Assembly (NCBI RefSeq): GCF_001194135.2
Contig: NC_068990.1
Coordinates: 33,904,349-33,968,348 of the forward strand
From: Octopus bimaculoides
Taxonomy: Eukaryota
Direction: 5' to 3'
Length of the DNA stretch: 64,000 bases
The position numbers and the translations under genes were made by a program. The notes beneath the pieces are model-generated. The model did not search any database. It had not been told where the DNA came from and was given only the letters and a program-made list of their open reading frames with translations. Below are positions 40,043 through 52,644 of this stretch, one piece after another (the stretch's first letter is position 1; every line of letters begins with the position of its first letter).

Positions 40043-40690
40043 CCTGGGCTGAGGTGGTGAGGCAAGACCTTCGAACATTGGGCCTCACCGAGGCGATGCC
40101 TACTGACCGAGACCTTTGGAAATGTGCTGTGCGTNNNNNNNNNNNNNNNNNNNNNNNNNNNNNNNNNNNNNNNNNNNNNNNNNNNNNNNNNNNNNNNNNN
40201 NNNNNNNNNNNNNNNNNNNNNNNNNNNNNNNNNNNNNNNNNNNNNNNNNNNNNNNNNNNNNNNNNNNNNNNNNNNNNNNNNNNNNNNNNNNNNNNNNNNN
40301 NNNNNNNNNNNNNNNNNNNNNNNNNNNNNNNNNNNNNNNNNNNNNNNNCGGGTGGCACATAAGATGTACCATCCTGAGCGTGACCATTGCCAGTACCGCC
40401 TGACTGGCCTGGTAGGGTTTTCGAGCGAGATCATTGCCAGTACCCCTGGACTGGCTCTTGTGCGGGTGGCACATAAAAGACACCATTTCGAACGTGGCCG
40501 TTTTCGTGCGGGTGACACGTAAAAGCACCCACTACACTCTCTGAGTGGTTGGCGTTAGGAAGGGCATCCAGCTGTAGAAACTCTGCCAAATTAGATTGGA
40601 GCCTGGTGTTGCCATCCGGTTTCACCAGTCCTCAGTCAAATCGTCCAACCCATGCTAGCATGGAAAGCGGACGTTAAACGATGATGATGG
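40041..40690 (+). mobile_element. RTE LINE 3' fragment (spanning a gap) nested in the (TA)n core of a SINE
   Basis: TWAEVVRQDLRTLGLTEAMPTDRDLWKCAVR, then Ns, then the RTE 3' UTR and GAT tail. It is flanked by the two halves of one SINE (39845-40040 and 40690-40920). Confidence 0.8.
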
Positions 40691-41064
40691 TGTGTATGTA
40701 TGTATGTATGTATATATTTGTGTGTCTGCGTTTGTCCTCCCAGCATAGCTTGACAACCAATGCTGGTGTGTTTACGTCCCCGTAACTTAGTGGTTCGGCA
40801 ACAGAGACCAATGGAATAAGTACTAGGCTTACAAAGAATAAGTCCTGGGGTCGATTTGCTCGACAAAAGGTGGTGCTCCAGCATGGCCGCAGTCAAATGA
40901 CTGAAACAAATAAAAGAAAAGAACAAAAGAATATTATCATATATCTAATTAACTAAATTGCCAACTTTTGTTATTCCACACTGTAGGAGTGAGCTGTAAT
41001 AACAGTTAGAACAGATCCTACAAAACACTGCTTGTCACAGCTGACTAGTTTGCAGAATGCATTT

Positions 41065-41706
41065 AGGATGTGAAGACAATTCGGAAGCTCATCAAGCAAT
41101 GAAGTTTTGTGTTAAATAGGGCAAAAACTCGAGAGAAACTTATGGGATGCTCCAGATTAGCTTGTATAAGCCGAGCCTCTGTTTTTGTTGGCACAAGAGG
41201 CTAGGTAAAACAAGTCTACTGAAAAGCACAGAATGATCCCCTTTTTGACAGAAGGGCATCAAAACTACATCCACAGAGCTCCCTCTGACCAGACAGTCAA
41301 CAAAGAGTACTTTGTGGAGGGTTTGAGGGAGTTCACGAGGAGATTTCATCACAAAATGCCAGAGATCCAGGACAATGCACCAGTCCACAATTCCATCCTA
41401 GTAACTTAATAAAGAAGGGTATCAAAACTGTCTCTCACCCCACCCCTACTGTCCAGACCTTGCTCCTTGTGATTTCTGGTTGTTCGCCAAGCTAAAAGAG
41501 AAGATGAAGGAGGCTGTGACACGGGTCCTGGACACTTTCACTTCACAGAGAACATCCAAGGGGGTCTTCATAACGTGGCTGCAGCACTACAACAAGTGCA
41601 TTAAAGTCAGAAGATTCTACTTTGAAGGAAATTAGAGTCTTGCATTTCTTTGAAATTAATTATTTTCTCTCTTGAAAACGTCTGAAAACTTTTGGAATGC
41701 ATCATG
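41065..41706 (+). mobile_element. Decayed mariner transposase fragment
   Basis: Across deletions and frameshifts: HQAMKFCVK*GKNSRETYGML, DQTVNKEYFVEGLREF, QDNAPVHNS, P.YCPDLAPCDFWLFAKLKEKM and WLQHYNKCIKVRRFYFEGN*. The right end is TIR-like and followed by TA. Confidence 0.8.
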
Positions 41707-43099
41707 TATTTCCTGCCTACACTGCTGAGAGTTTGTCTCCTATTATTAACTTTCAATACAGAAGTTGATTTTTCAGAGATATGTTTTAATCCCTACACCT
41801 TATTTTCTTGTTTGAATTGCTTCAATAACATATTATAAATACTGATAAGAGAGTTCTCTACATAAAAAATACAAACTTGAAAAATCATTTCAATTGTATC
41901 AGCCATATTGTTCGTAGTATACGTCTTTCAATGCATCACTTCATCTTGCAATGCTATTGTATAGTGAAACTCAACACCTCATCACTACTATACAATGATA
42001 TTTAAACTTTTAACAAGAGAAGGAAGGATTATATTGCCAGCTTTCACAATAAGCATTAACAACAACAATCATCATACTGCAGATATCATTTAATATCATA
42101 GCAACAACAACAACAACAGCAAAACTTGTGATAAAAATAAACTCCAAAGATATTAAGAGATTTATATAGAAAAGTTAATGACATGCAAATAAATATATAA
42201 GAAAAGAACTGAAGATATGACAGAAGACATATATAAAACTGTATTAAAGAGTGTATCACATACATACATATTCTGTGTGTGCGTGTGCATGTATGTGTGC
42301 ATGTATGTATGTATATGTGTGTATATGTATATATACACATATAGCTTGTTATGCCATATGGATAGAGCCTGAGGATTGCATGAAAGCATTAGACATGTTA
42401 CAAAATGCTGTCTAAGCTCTCTTCATCACATGAAACTACTGGTAGCTCATAAAAATATATACTGTATGTATTAAATGATATTTCTTTCTCACCAGATGGA
42501 GTACTTTTTTTGCTGATCTTACCATCACAGAACAGTTGTTGTTGTTTTTTCCTTCTCAAGCTATGCCTGGCTCATAAGGGCCAGTTTCCCGGTTTCATTG
42601 GCGTACAGGTTCCCCACCTGGATGGGACGCTGGTCCATCACAGGTGAGCTGCTAAATGCAAGTGGAAAGTGTGAGAGAAAGTTGTGTCAAAAGAGTCAGC
42701 AGAAGTCCACCGTTACCTTCTGCCAGAGCTGCATGGAGCTTAGGTGTTTCGCTCATAAACACACACATCGCTGGTCTGAGATTTGAACCCACTATCTCTC
42801 AACCGTGAGTCCACTGCTCTAACCATTAGGTCATGTACCTCCACTACACACACATATATATATATATATAGAGGAGCACTCTGTTGGTTACGACGATGAT
42901 GGTCCCAGTTGATACGATCAATAGAACAGCTTGCTTGTGAAATTAACGTGCAAGTGGCTGAACAATCCACAGACATATGTACTGGGAAGACAGTTTTTGT
43001 ATGTAGCAAATGCTCAGAGGCAATGAACATTGAAAATGTGAAGAAAACAGCCTCTGTCACATACAAGTAGTTGATAGCTTCCATTACCTAAGTGATCAA

Positions 43100-44120
43100 G
43101 TCAGTAGTGGGGGCAGTTGCTCTGAGAGTGTGGCTGCTAGAAGAAGGATAGCCTAGGCAAAGTTCAGAGAGCTCCTACCTCTGCTGGTGACAAAGGGCCT
43201 TTCGCTCAGAGTAAAAGGCAGACTGTATGATGCATGTGTGTGAACATCCATGCTACATGGCAGTGAAACATGAGCCATGACTGCTGAGGACATGTGTAAG
43301 TTTGCAAGGAATGAAGCTTGTACGTTCTGCTGGATGTGTAATGTCAGTGTGCATACACGACAGAGTGTAAGCACCCTAAGAGAAAAGTTGGACATAAGAA
43401 GCATCAAATGTGGTGTGCAAGAGAGACGACTGCGTTGGTATGGTCACATGTTGCACAGGGATGAGGACAACTGGGTGAAAAAGTATCACACCCTAGCAGT
43501 AGAGGAAACCTGTGGAAGAGGTAGACCCGAGAAGACTTGGGATGAGGTGGTGAAGCATGACCTTTGAACGTTGGCCCTCACTGTGGTGATGACAAGTGAC
43601 TGTAACCTTTGGAGATATGCTGTGCTTGAGAAAAACCAGCAAACCAAGTGAATTCATAACCATGGCCTATACCAGTGCAGCATAACCAGCCCATTTAAGA
43701 GCACCCTTCAATCATTGGACAATAATCTGCACTTGCTAAGGCCTGTTGAGGCAAGTGAAGTCGTTGTTATGGCCGATGACAGTACTGTCTAATTGGCAAC
43801 CATGCCAGTGGCACATAAAAAGCACCATTCAAACATGGTCATTGCCAGTGCCACCTAATGGCAGTGGCATTTAAAATGCACCATTCGAACATGGCTAATG
43901 CCAGTACCACCTGACTGGCCTTCATGTTGGTGGCATGTAAAAAACACCCACTACACTATTGGAGTGGTTGGTGTTAGGAAGGGCATCCAGGTGTAGAAAC
44001 AGTGCCAGATCATATTGGAGCCTGGTGCAGCTCTCTGGCTCACCAACCCTCAGTCAAACCGTCCAACCCATGCCAGCATGGATAGTGGACGTTAAACAAT
44101 GACGATGGTGCTGATGATGA
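43100..44120 (+). mobile_element. RTE LINE 3' end (second RTE family) with 3' UTR and (GAT)n tail
   Basis: AKFRELLPLLVTKGLSLRVKGRLYDACV..SMLHGSET*AMT...RRLRWYGHM...GRGRPEKTWDEVVKHDL, then a 3' UTR ending catggatagtggacgttaaacaatgacgatg. Confidence 0.88.
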
Positions 44121-44883
44121 TATGTATGTATATATGTATACAAAACAGGCTTCTTTCAGATGCCTTCTGCCAAATCTACACACAAGGATGTTGTTTGTCC
44201 TGAGCTATAGTAGAAGGTGCCATGCAGTATGATTGAACCTGAGATCATGTAATTTGAAAGCAAGTTTCCTAACCACATAGCCATGCTTGCAAATTCAAGT
44301 AATAACTATTTACAAACAACCTGTAGGGAATATCTTGCCTATGGATTAAGGAAATATTTGTTCTGTCATGAGTGTCATGAGATTTTAATACAGATTAAAG
44401 ACTAAGGATTATGTGTAATATCTTCTTCAGTTAATTAATTAACTCAAACTGTGATTCAAATGAACAACAACAACAATAACAAATATCTTGGATAACTAAT
44501 AAATAATGTTTTTAGAGATTTATCATGGTTTGATGTTTCTTGTTTGATTAATAATAGCAATTGCTGCCTTTTGATTAGCGATTTTATATGATGGCATCAA
44601 TAAAGGGCAAAGCATAAAGACCCCCTTCAGTCATGAATGACCATGGGATTGCATCCAGAAATTACCCTCCGAGACACAGCTCTGGGCGAGGTCTTTTTAT
44701 GAAGACCAGCAATTGCTTATGCATACCAGCATCCCCTCTCCATACCAGTGATGTTATCTAAGGAAAGGCAAAGGCTGATACAGCTTGGCACCAGTGATGT
44801 CGCAACTCATTTCCAAGAATCGAACTTACTATCTCATGATTGTGAGCCCAACGCTCTGACCACTGAGCCATATGCCTTCACTA

Positions 44884-45475
44884 GCATCTGTGATAGAAGG
44901 AAGTACTGTCAACAAATGGTGTGTGAAGCTTCTTCGTCTTCAGCACTTTCGTCACTGGCTCTTGAATCATTGTGGCATATCTGTAGCAGCCAAGGTAATC
45001 TAGCATATCACAGTCGGCTAGTAACATACCCGTGGAGTTGACAATGTTCTTGTCTTGGATAGAGTGACCTGAATTTTGAAGGACCAGTTTCAAAAATTGC
45101 ATAGGAGTTCCCAATGTTTTGGCCAGGTACAATATTAGCACTTTCCAGCAGTTGCAGTGGCAATGTTACTAAGAATTTTCCCATAAATATTTGGCAATAC
45201 TAAAATATCAAACTGTTGAGGATGAGAGAGCATCTGAATGCAAGCATTGTCAATAATCATATTACTGAATTCAATTTGGTGATATTCTTTTGTGATATTT
45301 TTACAACATTCTAGAAATAGTCTATCACCAAGTTTCATTATGTTTGCCATGTGAATAGCTATGGGTTTTTGTGTCTATGTTACACAGCAAAATCAAATGC
45401 ATATTTCACAGTATTCGTAGATCATTTGCTGGTGATGGGTTTCATACTTTTAACAACCCTGTACACATCCGCATA
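44884..45475 (-). pseudogene. IDH3G: Processed (intronless) pseudogene fragment of NAD-dependent isocitrate dehydrogenase subunit gamma
   Basis: Across frameshifts and stops the minus strand gives VVKSMKPITSK*STNTVKYAFDFAV*HRHK/AIHMANIMKLGDRLFLECC...IIDNACIQMLSHPQQFDILVLPNIYGKI.../SANIVPGQNIGNSYAIFETG/SGHSIQDKNIVNSTGMLLADCDMLDYLG..YATMIQ..V..VLKTKKLHTP. PQQFD and LHTP favour IDH3G over IDH3B. No introns over about 190 codons, at least 3 frameshifts and 2 stops. Confidence 0.88.
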
Positions 45476-45882
45476 ATCTGAGTTGGCAATGATGTATGAT
45501 AACATGTCCAGCCATGGGAAAATATTACCTTGCTTGGAAACAGGCAAGTGTTGGCAACAGGTCGGGCATCTGACAACAGAATATCAGCCTCAGCAAACTC
45601 CATCTGACTCATGCAAGCATGGAAAAAATGGATATTAACATGATGATAATAATAATGATGACCATCATCATCATTATCATTAATGGAGACATTTATATTT
45701 ATATTTGTTTAATAAGTTAATTATCTCTGATGTGATAAACTAAAAATACAATCTTTCATCCAATAAATCTCACTGATTAAATGTAGGAATCATTACTACC
45801 AAGAAAGAAAACAGCAGAGAATTTAAACATTCATATTGAACAGCACCCAAGTTCAGCATTAGTGATTGATAGTAGTAATTAC

Positions 45883-46007
45883 CTGATCAACACAAACATT
45901 TTCCACTGTGAAATTGAACCAGACTCGGAAGCGAGGATTGCAAGTGTCAGGTCGGATAAACAGATCATATTCGTACTCCGTTATGTAATCAACACGTCCA
46001 AGATTTC
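45883..46007 (-). CDS. AGBL4: Cytosolic carboxypeptidase 6 (CCP6), next coding exon (probable exon 3), 125 nt, phase 1-0
   Basis: Minus strand reads tttttctttcaaactcttccatctccag|GA AAT CTT GGA...GAT CAG|gtaatt and translates as (G)NLGRVDYITEYEYDLFIRPDTCNPRFRVWFNFTVENVCVDQ, near-identical to the vertebrate AGBL4 segment GNLGRVDQVSEFEYDLFIRPDTCNPRFRVWFNFTVENV. It splices in frame to the 62411-62536 exon through the split Gly codon G|GA. Confidence 0.96.
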
Positions 46008-47775
46008 CTGGAGATGGAAGAGTTTGAAAGAAAAAGTATCTTGAGAAAAGTGTAAAAGTTAGAGAACAATAAAGTTGTTAGGAAATTATGGATTAGCATC
46101 ATGTGATGGTATATCTAATAGTGTGTATTGTATAAAGCTGATATTGTGCATGTATGTGTGTTTATATAAGGAGATGCGATAGGGAACAATCATGTCAAGT
46201 TTGTTTTGCTTTATTTGTGTTTTTGCCTGATTAATGCTCTAAAATATTTCTAAAAAATGAAGAAGAAGAACAGAATAAATTCAATAGATTGATTTTGTTT
46301 TTCATGCCAAGTAGGAAAGATTAATCTTCTGTAAAGGCCAAAAAGTTTAATTTTACTTCTATTTAAATTCAAGTGGACTGAATTGTTGCTTATTTTTCGA
46401 CACAGCAGAAAAGTTTATCCTTATTGTCATCATCATCATCCTCTTCCTCATTATTATGATTATTATGGTTATTAATATTATTATCATTATTATTATTACT
46501 ATCATCATCATCATTATTATTGTCATCATCATCATTATTCATTTTGGCAAATATTCTTTCCTAAGTTTTCGTTTTTGGTTTTATTTTCATTTTATTATAT
46601 ATATATGTATATATATATATATATATATATAAATATATATGATAATTATTTTCATAATAATTTATCATCTCTAGTTTATTAGCATCATCTTCTGGATAAT
46701 ATAAGAGATAGATAAAAATTGTGATGTAATGAGTTGAAAGTTAATTATATTAAAAGATATTAGCTTGATATATTTTCATGAAATTCAATAGATCACAACT
46801 CTCTCTCTCTCTTTCACTCTTCCTCTCTCTAATTAAAAGTAGCTTCAACAAAAATATCCAAAAGAAAGAAAGTAAACCTAACAAACATGCTAACATAATG
46901 TTGAAATAGTTCTGGTCATTATCAAAGTGCAATAGTGTACAGTTTCGGAGTGCACTGATATTAATTTTTCAGAGAGTTGCTTCATAACTGTAATTTGTGA
47001 TTCAAAATCTTGAATAGAACTAATTTTCCTGTCACAGAATATGAAAACAGTTTACTGCAATGGAAGAAGGTGATGGCTTTTGTAAGTTTTGTTGTGTTTT
47101 TGTCCTTAAGTGAAAACTTCTCTATTTTGAGTAATTTAAGCTGTCAAAGAAAGATCATTAGAGCTAGCGCCATTCAAGACAAACTTCATCAATACACAAC
47201 CAAAATGAAATAGATAAAACTGCAAGTTACACAATATTCTTTAAAATATGGTATTGAAATATTCCAAATATATGCTATTTTAATTACATATTAGTTCAAT
47301 TTTTTTTGTGGTAGTAGCTTAACAGACTTTTCCAGTTAGTTTGTAATTAAGTACAACTATGCTACAATATTTGCCAACAACAGATTAACACCAGCAATCC
47401 CAGCATACTAATGTAGCTTATTTCAAACCCAGTAACCCATTCTTGAACATCAGTTAGTTGTGCGACACAAATTTTTTGACGAAAGTCTGAAATCACCAGA
47501 ACATTTAGCAATAGCACCAATGCATGTATAATCCACTGCAACAAAATGCAATGCGTGCAGCCAGCTCTGTTTAAAAATAACATTAACACAATTTTTATAC
47601 AACAAAATATTTGACAGAATGACGGTGCGTCATATTAACACTTTTCATGTTTCATTCATTGTGTGCAGGTAGAGAATCTTGAATGCTGATGGTTTGGGGA
47701 ATATAAAAAATGATCTTTCAATACTTTTGATACTTTTTGAGGTTTATCACTGGTATGTATGTATGTATGTATAAT

Positions 47776-47831
<56 letters not shown>

Positions 47832-48060
47832 CACACAACTTGAAGTTTTGTGGGCTCATCAAATGATCCTGACTGCTCAGGCTCATAGATATCTACATAC
47901 ATGTATATCTGGTAAGAAGCTTGCTTCCCAACCACAGGTTCAGTCAGTCCCACTGTGTGGCACTTTGAGCAAGTTTCTTCTACTATAGCCTCAGGCCTAC
48001 CAAAACCTTGTGAGTGGATTTGGAAGATGAAAACTGAAAGAAGCTATATATATATATATA

Positions 48061-48419
48061 TGGGAAAAGTAAAAAGAAAAAAATATACATTGGATATAAA
48101 AAGTAACGATAAATGTATACAAATAGATGAACTGAGGTAGAATTAAGAGGTATAAAAGTCACTATTTTGAATTGTTGAAGAGATTCAAAGTCAAGCTGGT
48201 AAAGAGATTCAAAGTCATACCAGCTTTGAAAGCCACTGAACAGCTTTTGATGATAACAGTATGACTTTGAATCTCTTTAACAATTCAAAATAATGACCTT
48301 ATACCTCTTAATTCAACCTCAGTTCATCTATTTGTATATATTTATTGTCACTTTTCATTAAAAAAGCCTTTATCTTTTTTTATATCCAATGTACATTCTT
48401 TTTTTTTTTACTTTTCTCA
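48061..48419. mobile_element. Foldback element/MITE with long inverted arms
   Basis: Left arm tgggaaaagtaaaaag...tagatgaactgaggtagaattaagaggtataa...gagattcaaagtc. The right arm is its reverse complement (gactttgaatctc...cctcagttcatcta...acttttctca). TA on both sides. Confidence 0.85.
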
Positions 48420-49329
48420 TATTTATACTATGTGTAGTCTCTTTTCTCTTTGAAACCTATTTCTATTATATATATATGTATGTATGCATATATCTGTGTG
48501 TGTGTGCCTTTATGTCTATTTTTGTGCCCCCCTCCATCACCACTTGACAACTGGTGTTGGTGTGTTTATGTCCCTGTAACATTGCAGTTGGCAAAACAGA
48601 CCGATAGAATAAGTACTAGGCTTACAAAGAATAAGTTCTGGGATCGATTTCTTCGACTAAAACCCTTCAAAGCAGCGCTCCAGTGTGGCCACAGTAAAAA
48701 GAATAAAAGAATGAAAGAATACAAATATAAATATGTGTGTGTGTGAAAGAGAGAATAATATATATATATACATGTATTCCGTTGGTTATGATGACAAGGG
48801 TTCCTGTTGATCCGATCAACAGAAAAGCCTGCACGTGAAATTAATGTGCAAGTGGCTGAGCACTCCACAGACACGTGTACCCTTAACGTAGTTCCCAGAG
48901 TATGACAAAGCTGCCCATTTGAAATACAGGTACAACAGAAACAAGAAGAAAGAGTGATAGAAAATTGTAGTGAAAAGGCACAGCACAGTTCACTACCACT
49001 CCCCTGCCAGAGCCTCGTGGAGCTTTTGTTGTTTTTTTGCTCAATAAACACTCACAACGCCTGGTCTGGGAATTGAAACCATGATCCTACAACTGCGAGT
49101 CAACTGCCTTAACCACTGCCCTAATCATTGTGCCTCCACATACATACATATATATACATATGTAGTGGCCACAATATAAGGGTCAGTAAGAACAAGTGTG
49201 TTCAGACTAGATATTTTACACATATTTAGATATATCTAGTATCTATCTGTTGTGAAAAGTTCAAGTAAATGGAACAAGTATTTCGTAAGTTATGAGGAAA
49301 TAAACAATCTTCCATATTGCAGCTGCCAA

Positions 49330-49960
49330 AAGTTAAATGTTACATTCACCTGCCTCGCAAAGCAAGAACAGATACAAGAAACATTGCCAGAGCTCAAGAA
49401 AATTTGTGTAGCAAGTGAGTTGTGAGACGGGTTTTAAAGTCAAGAATCCATTGCACTTTGAAGTGCTTTTCATAGGAAAAGTTACATTCCAAGAATAATT
49501 CATACTCTCAATGAAGATGATCCAGGCCAAAGAGAACGGTTTTGTGAGTGAAACTCAACAAGATGTGTAGAAGATGCACACTTTTCAACAAAGATTTTTT
49601 GGAGAGACAAGGCTAAATTTAAATTAATTGGCTTAATTAACCATCACCTGAGGGAGGATCAACAAGTAAATTGACAAGGAGTTAGAGTATGGTGTAACTG
49701 AACAATTCTTTTTTTGACAGTAGTGTAACTAGTTCCATTTACTTAAGCTTGCTGCAAAAGTCTGTTATGCAAAGCATCCAAGAGGATTTTGAAAATGTGG
49801 AGTTCTATTTGATGCAAGATGGAGCAACCCAACACTACTACAGAAATGTAAAGGCCAACTTGGATAAGATTTTGCCAAAAGGGTGAACTAGAGGAAGAGG
49901 TTCAGTAAAATATTCTCCATGTTTACAGGTACTCACACCATTTATGGGGATACATTAGAA
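49330..49960 (+). mobile_element. Decayed IS630-Tc1-mariner superfamily transposase
   Basis: [81 protein letters not shown] (the QDGAPPH...WIGRRG..W.PRSPDL type). Many stops. Confidence 0.7.
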
Positions 49961-50309
49961 TGGGGAAATGATTTTACTCCCCAAATCAGTCACCCTTCAG
50001 GTCAAATCCCTAAGAAAATACCTAAAATCATTCAAGGAATAAACATAAACATGAGAAATAAAAATATATATAAAGAGATAAAATCTGTAAACTAATCCCT
50101 ACATTAACGGTATTAATATAATTATTAAGAGTTACAATCTAAAAATATTGAAAAAGAGTATTATAGTAAGCAAGCTTAAAACATTATGGAATAAGTAGAT
50201 AATAGTAAAAAAAATATGTTAGTGCATAAAGTTACTAAAAGATGGATGTCAATATTGTTTATAAAATAAAAATACGAAAACATGACTTATCTGCCAGCGG
50301 TTAACCAAA

Positions 50310-50780
50310 ATGGCTGTGCTATAGAATTTATACTAAAAGGTCACGTGATAAATATGGCGTCTATTACACATAAGTATATGCGTATTATAATTACTAAAAT
50401 AATAACGAAAATATCGAAAAAATAATCTACCTAAAATAAAAAGTTTCTTGAAAATTAAAAATACTAAAATATTTAAACTTGTAAATTAACGTAGAGTAAT
50501 AACTATACACACAGGAAAATTCTATATTACGTAAATAATGCTATAAAAATTAATACTGAAAAGTCACGTGATAAACATGGCGTCCATTACCAGTGGTAAG
50601 TACATGTTATAATTACTAAAATAATAACGAAAATATCGAAAAAGAAAATCTACCTAAAATAAAAAGTTTATTGAAGATTAATAATACTAAAATACTTAAA
50701 ACTCTCAGATTTACGCAGAATAACAACAATACCAAATACGAAAGTTATATATTACTTAAATAATGTTATGAAACATTGCA
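50310..50780. repeat. About 222-bp tandem duplication downstream of the PLE ORF
   Basis: aaaaggtcacgtgataaatatggcgtc...aataacgaaaatatcgaaaaa...ctacctaaaataaaaagttt near 50335 is repeated near 50557. Confidence 0.85.
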
Positions 50781-50951
50781 AAAGACTGCTCATATTATCG
50801 TTGAATACTTAAAGTAAAGGTAGTTATATGTTCCAATTTTGTATAATATTGTGATGATTAAAGTGTATTCTAAAGCTAATTTGATGTATTTTACGCTACT
50901 GATCATAACTATAAGTTGGTACCTAATCCTAGGTTTAAATAAATAAATTAG

Positions 50952-52104
50952 TTATTTAAACTTATTATATAAGTAATTTAATTTATGTCTGCATTTAATA
51001 TTACGTTCATGGTGGGAGTAAATGAATTTTTTATTAGCTAATAATATCTGTTTAAATTCATTAGTACATAATAAGCAGAATTTATTCCCTATCCTATATG
51101 ATTTAGCCTTGCAAACTATTTCCCATTTTAACTCGTATACTATTCTTTTCGATTTAAGTTCCCAAATGTATTTACTAAGGCCCGTAGAGTTAATTAAATT
51201 TCTGTTCTTAAAAGAATTCATTTGTTGGGTCACCCGGGATTTAATTTTATTGGAAGTCGATCCAATGTAAGTAGTATTTATGTTATCTTTACTATTACAG
51301 TTATTATCCGTCAAAATCTCTATACATTTATCTACTACGTCCTCAACGTTACACTATTAATAAATTTATATTTAGTCTCATCACTACAATTACAATCAAT
51401 TATATTTTGGACTCCAATGGAGGTATTAATTTATTATTGTAAAACTTATTCAATTTAAATTTATTAAAGGATGAAATAACATTGCCAACATTATTAGTGG
51501 TAGAGTAACCAACTCCAAAATTATTGCTAGAAAATGTGTCCTTATATTTCTTGTTGTCTTTAATAAATATCTTAATTAGATTTAAAATATTTTTAATAAT
51601 GTTAGTTTTTACCTGTATCCCATAGGGAATTATTAGCCATATTTTCTTCTTCTTATTATTATTACTATGAGGTTTTTTGTTCATATTACTACCTATTTCT
51701 GGCTTTAGGTGATTCTGAATGCTGTGTTTATTATAATAGAAGGTGTATTCATCATTTAAGTTATCTTTTAAATTATAATTATATTTAGAATTGCTGAAAA
51801 ATTTAATATTATGATTATATCCTGCCTTATGTTTATTGAATATCTCATCGTTGGAAAAAAGTACTGAAATTCTTTTCCCTATATTATTTACTAACGCTTT
51901 TTTAATAGAAGGTGGATGGTTACTCTTAGCGTTAATATATTTCAGGTTTTCGTTATTTTTATGGTAAGTTTGAGTTATACCTGTTATTAAGTTGAAATTT
52001 ATATCAACGTTTTTGTAATTTTTTTTCATGTAACAGCACCCTAATTTGCACATACAATGTGCTATGTGCTCAGAGCTCGTAGATTGCTTGGAGAAACAAG
52101 ACAC
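50952..52104 (-). mobile_element. Penelope-like retroelement: RT thumb/linker and GIY-YIG endonuclease
   Basis: YHKNNENLKYINAKSNHPPSIKKALVNNIGKRISVL.SN.EIFN, followed by YIGSTSNKIKSR...SF......STGLSKYIWELK.K.I.YELKWEI..KAKSY..G...CLLC..E...CRH, the PLE GIY-YIG signature. Confidence 0.85.
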
Positions 52105-52192
52105 ATTATAAAATTCTACCCAACCAGGTGCCTCAGAGGCAAGAAACTATTAGTAGCACATATTTTAATACCATATCCATTAATATATATAT

Positions 52193-52241
<49 letters not shown>

Positions 52242-52421
52242 CTATGGTGCTTGAACTGCTAACCTTAAAGAAAGCCTAAATTTATATCAGTACAGAGCAC
52301 TGCAAATTCGGGTGAGCATGCAACATGAATAATTCACAATGTGAATAAACAAAACAAACAAGAAACAATATGGCTGGTTATCAATCATGTTAAAATACTC
52401 AACTAATCAACTAATTATTAA

Positions 52422-52644
52422 CCCATTTGATATCAACCTGCCTGAAACCACCTCTGGCTCTGGAGTACAAATGTCTTGTTTTCAAAAGTTCTAAATTAAA
52501 ATCTTCCACCAAACCTTAGTCACAATTTTATGTTCCTAACACTAGCCTAATGATAACTAAGTTATTTCACTAAATTCTTTGTTATATTTAAAATTAATTG
52601 AAAGAAACACAGAACATCTCAACAGAAATATGGTAACAAAAGGG
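52422..52644. mobile_element. piggyBac-type MITE, second family
   Basis: TTAA|CCCATTTGATATC...GGTAACAAAAGGG|TTAA: TTAA target sites on both sides, imperfect 13-bp TIRs and no ORF. Confidence 0.75.

Noticed and set aside
45862-46044. Plus-strand 60-aa ORF
   Set aside because: It is the antisense shadow of the AGBL4 exon at 45883-46007.
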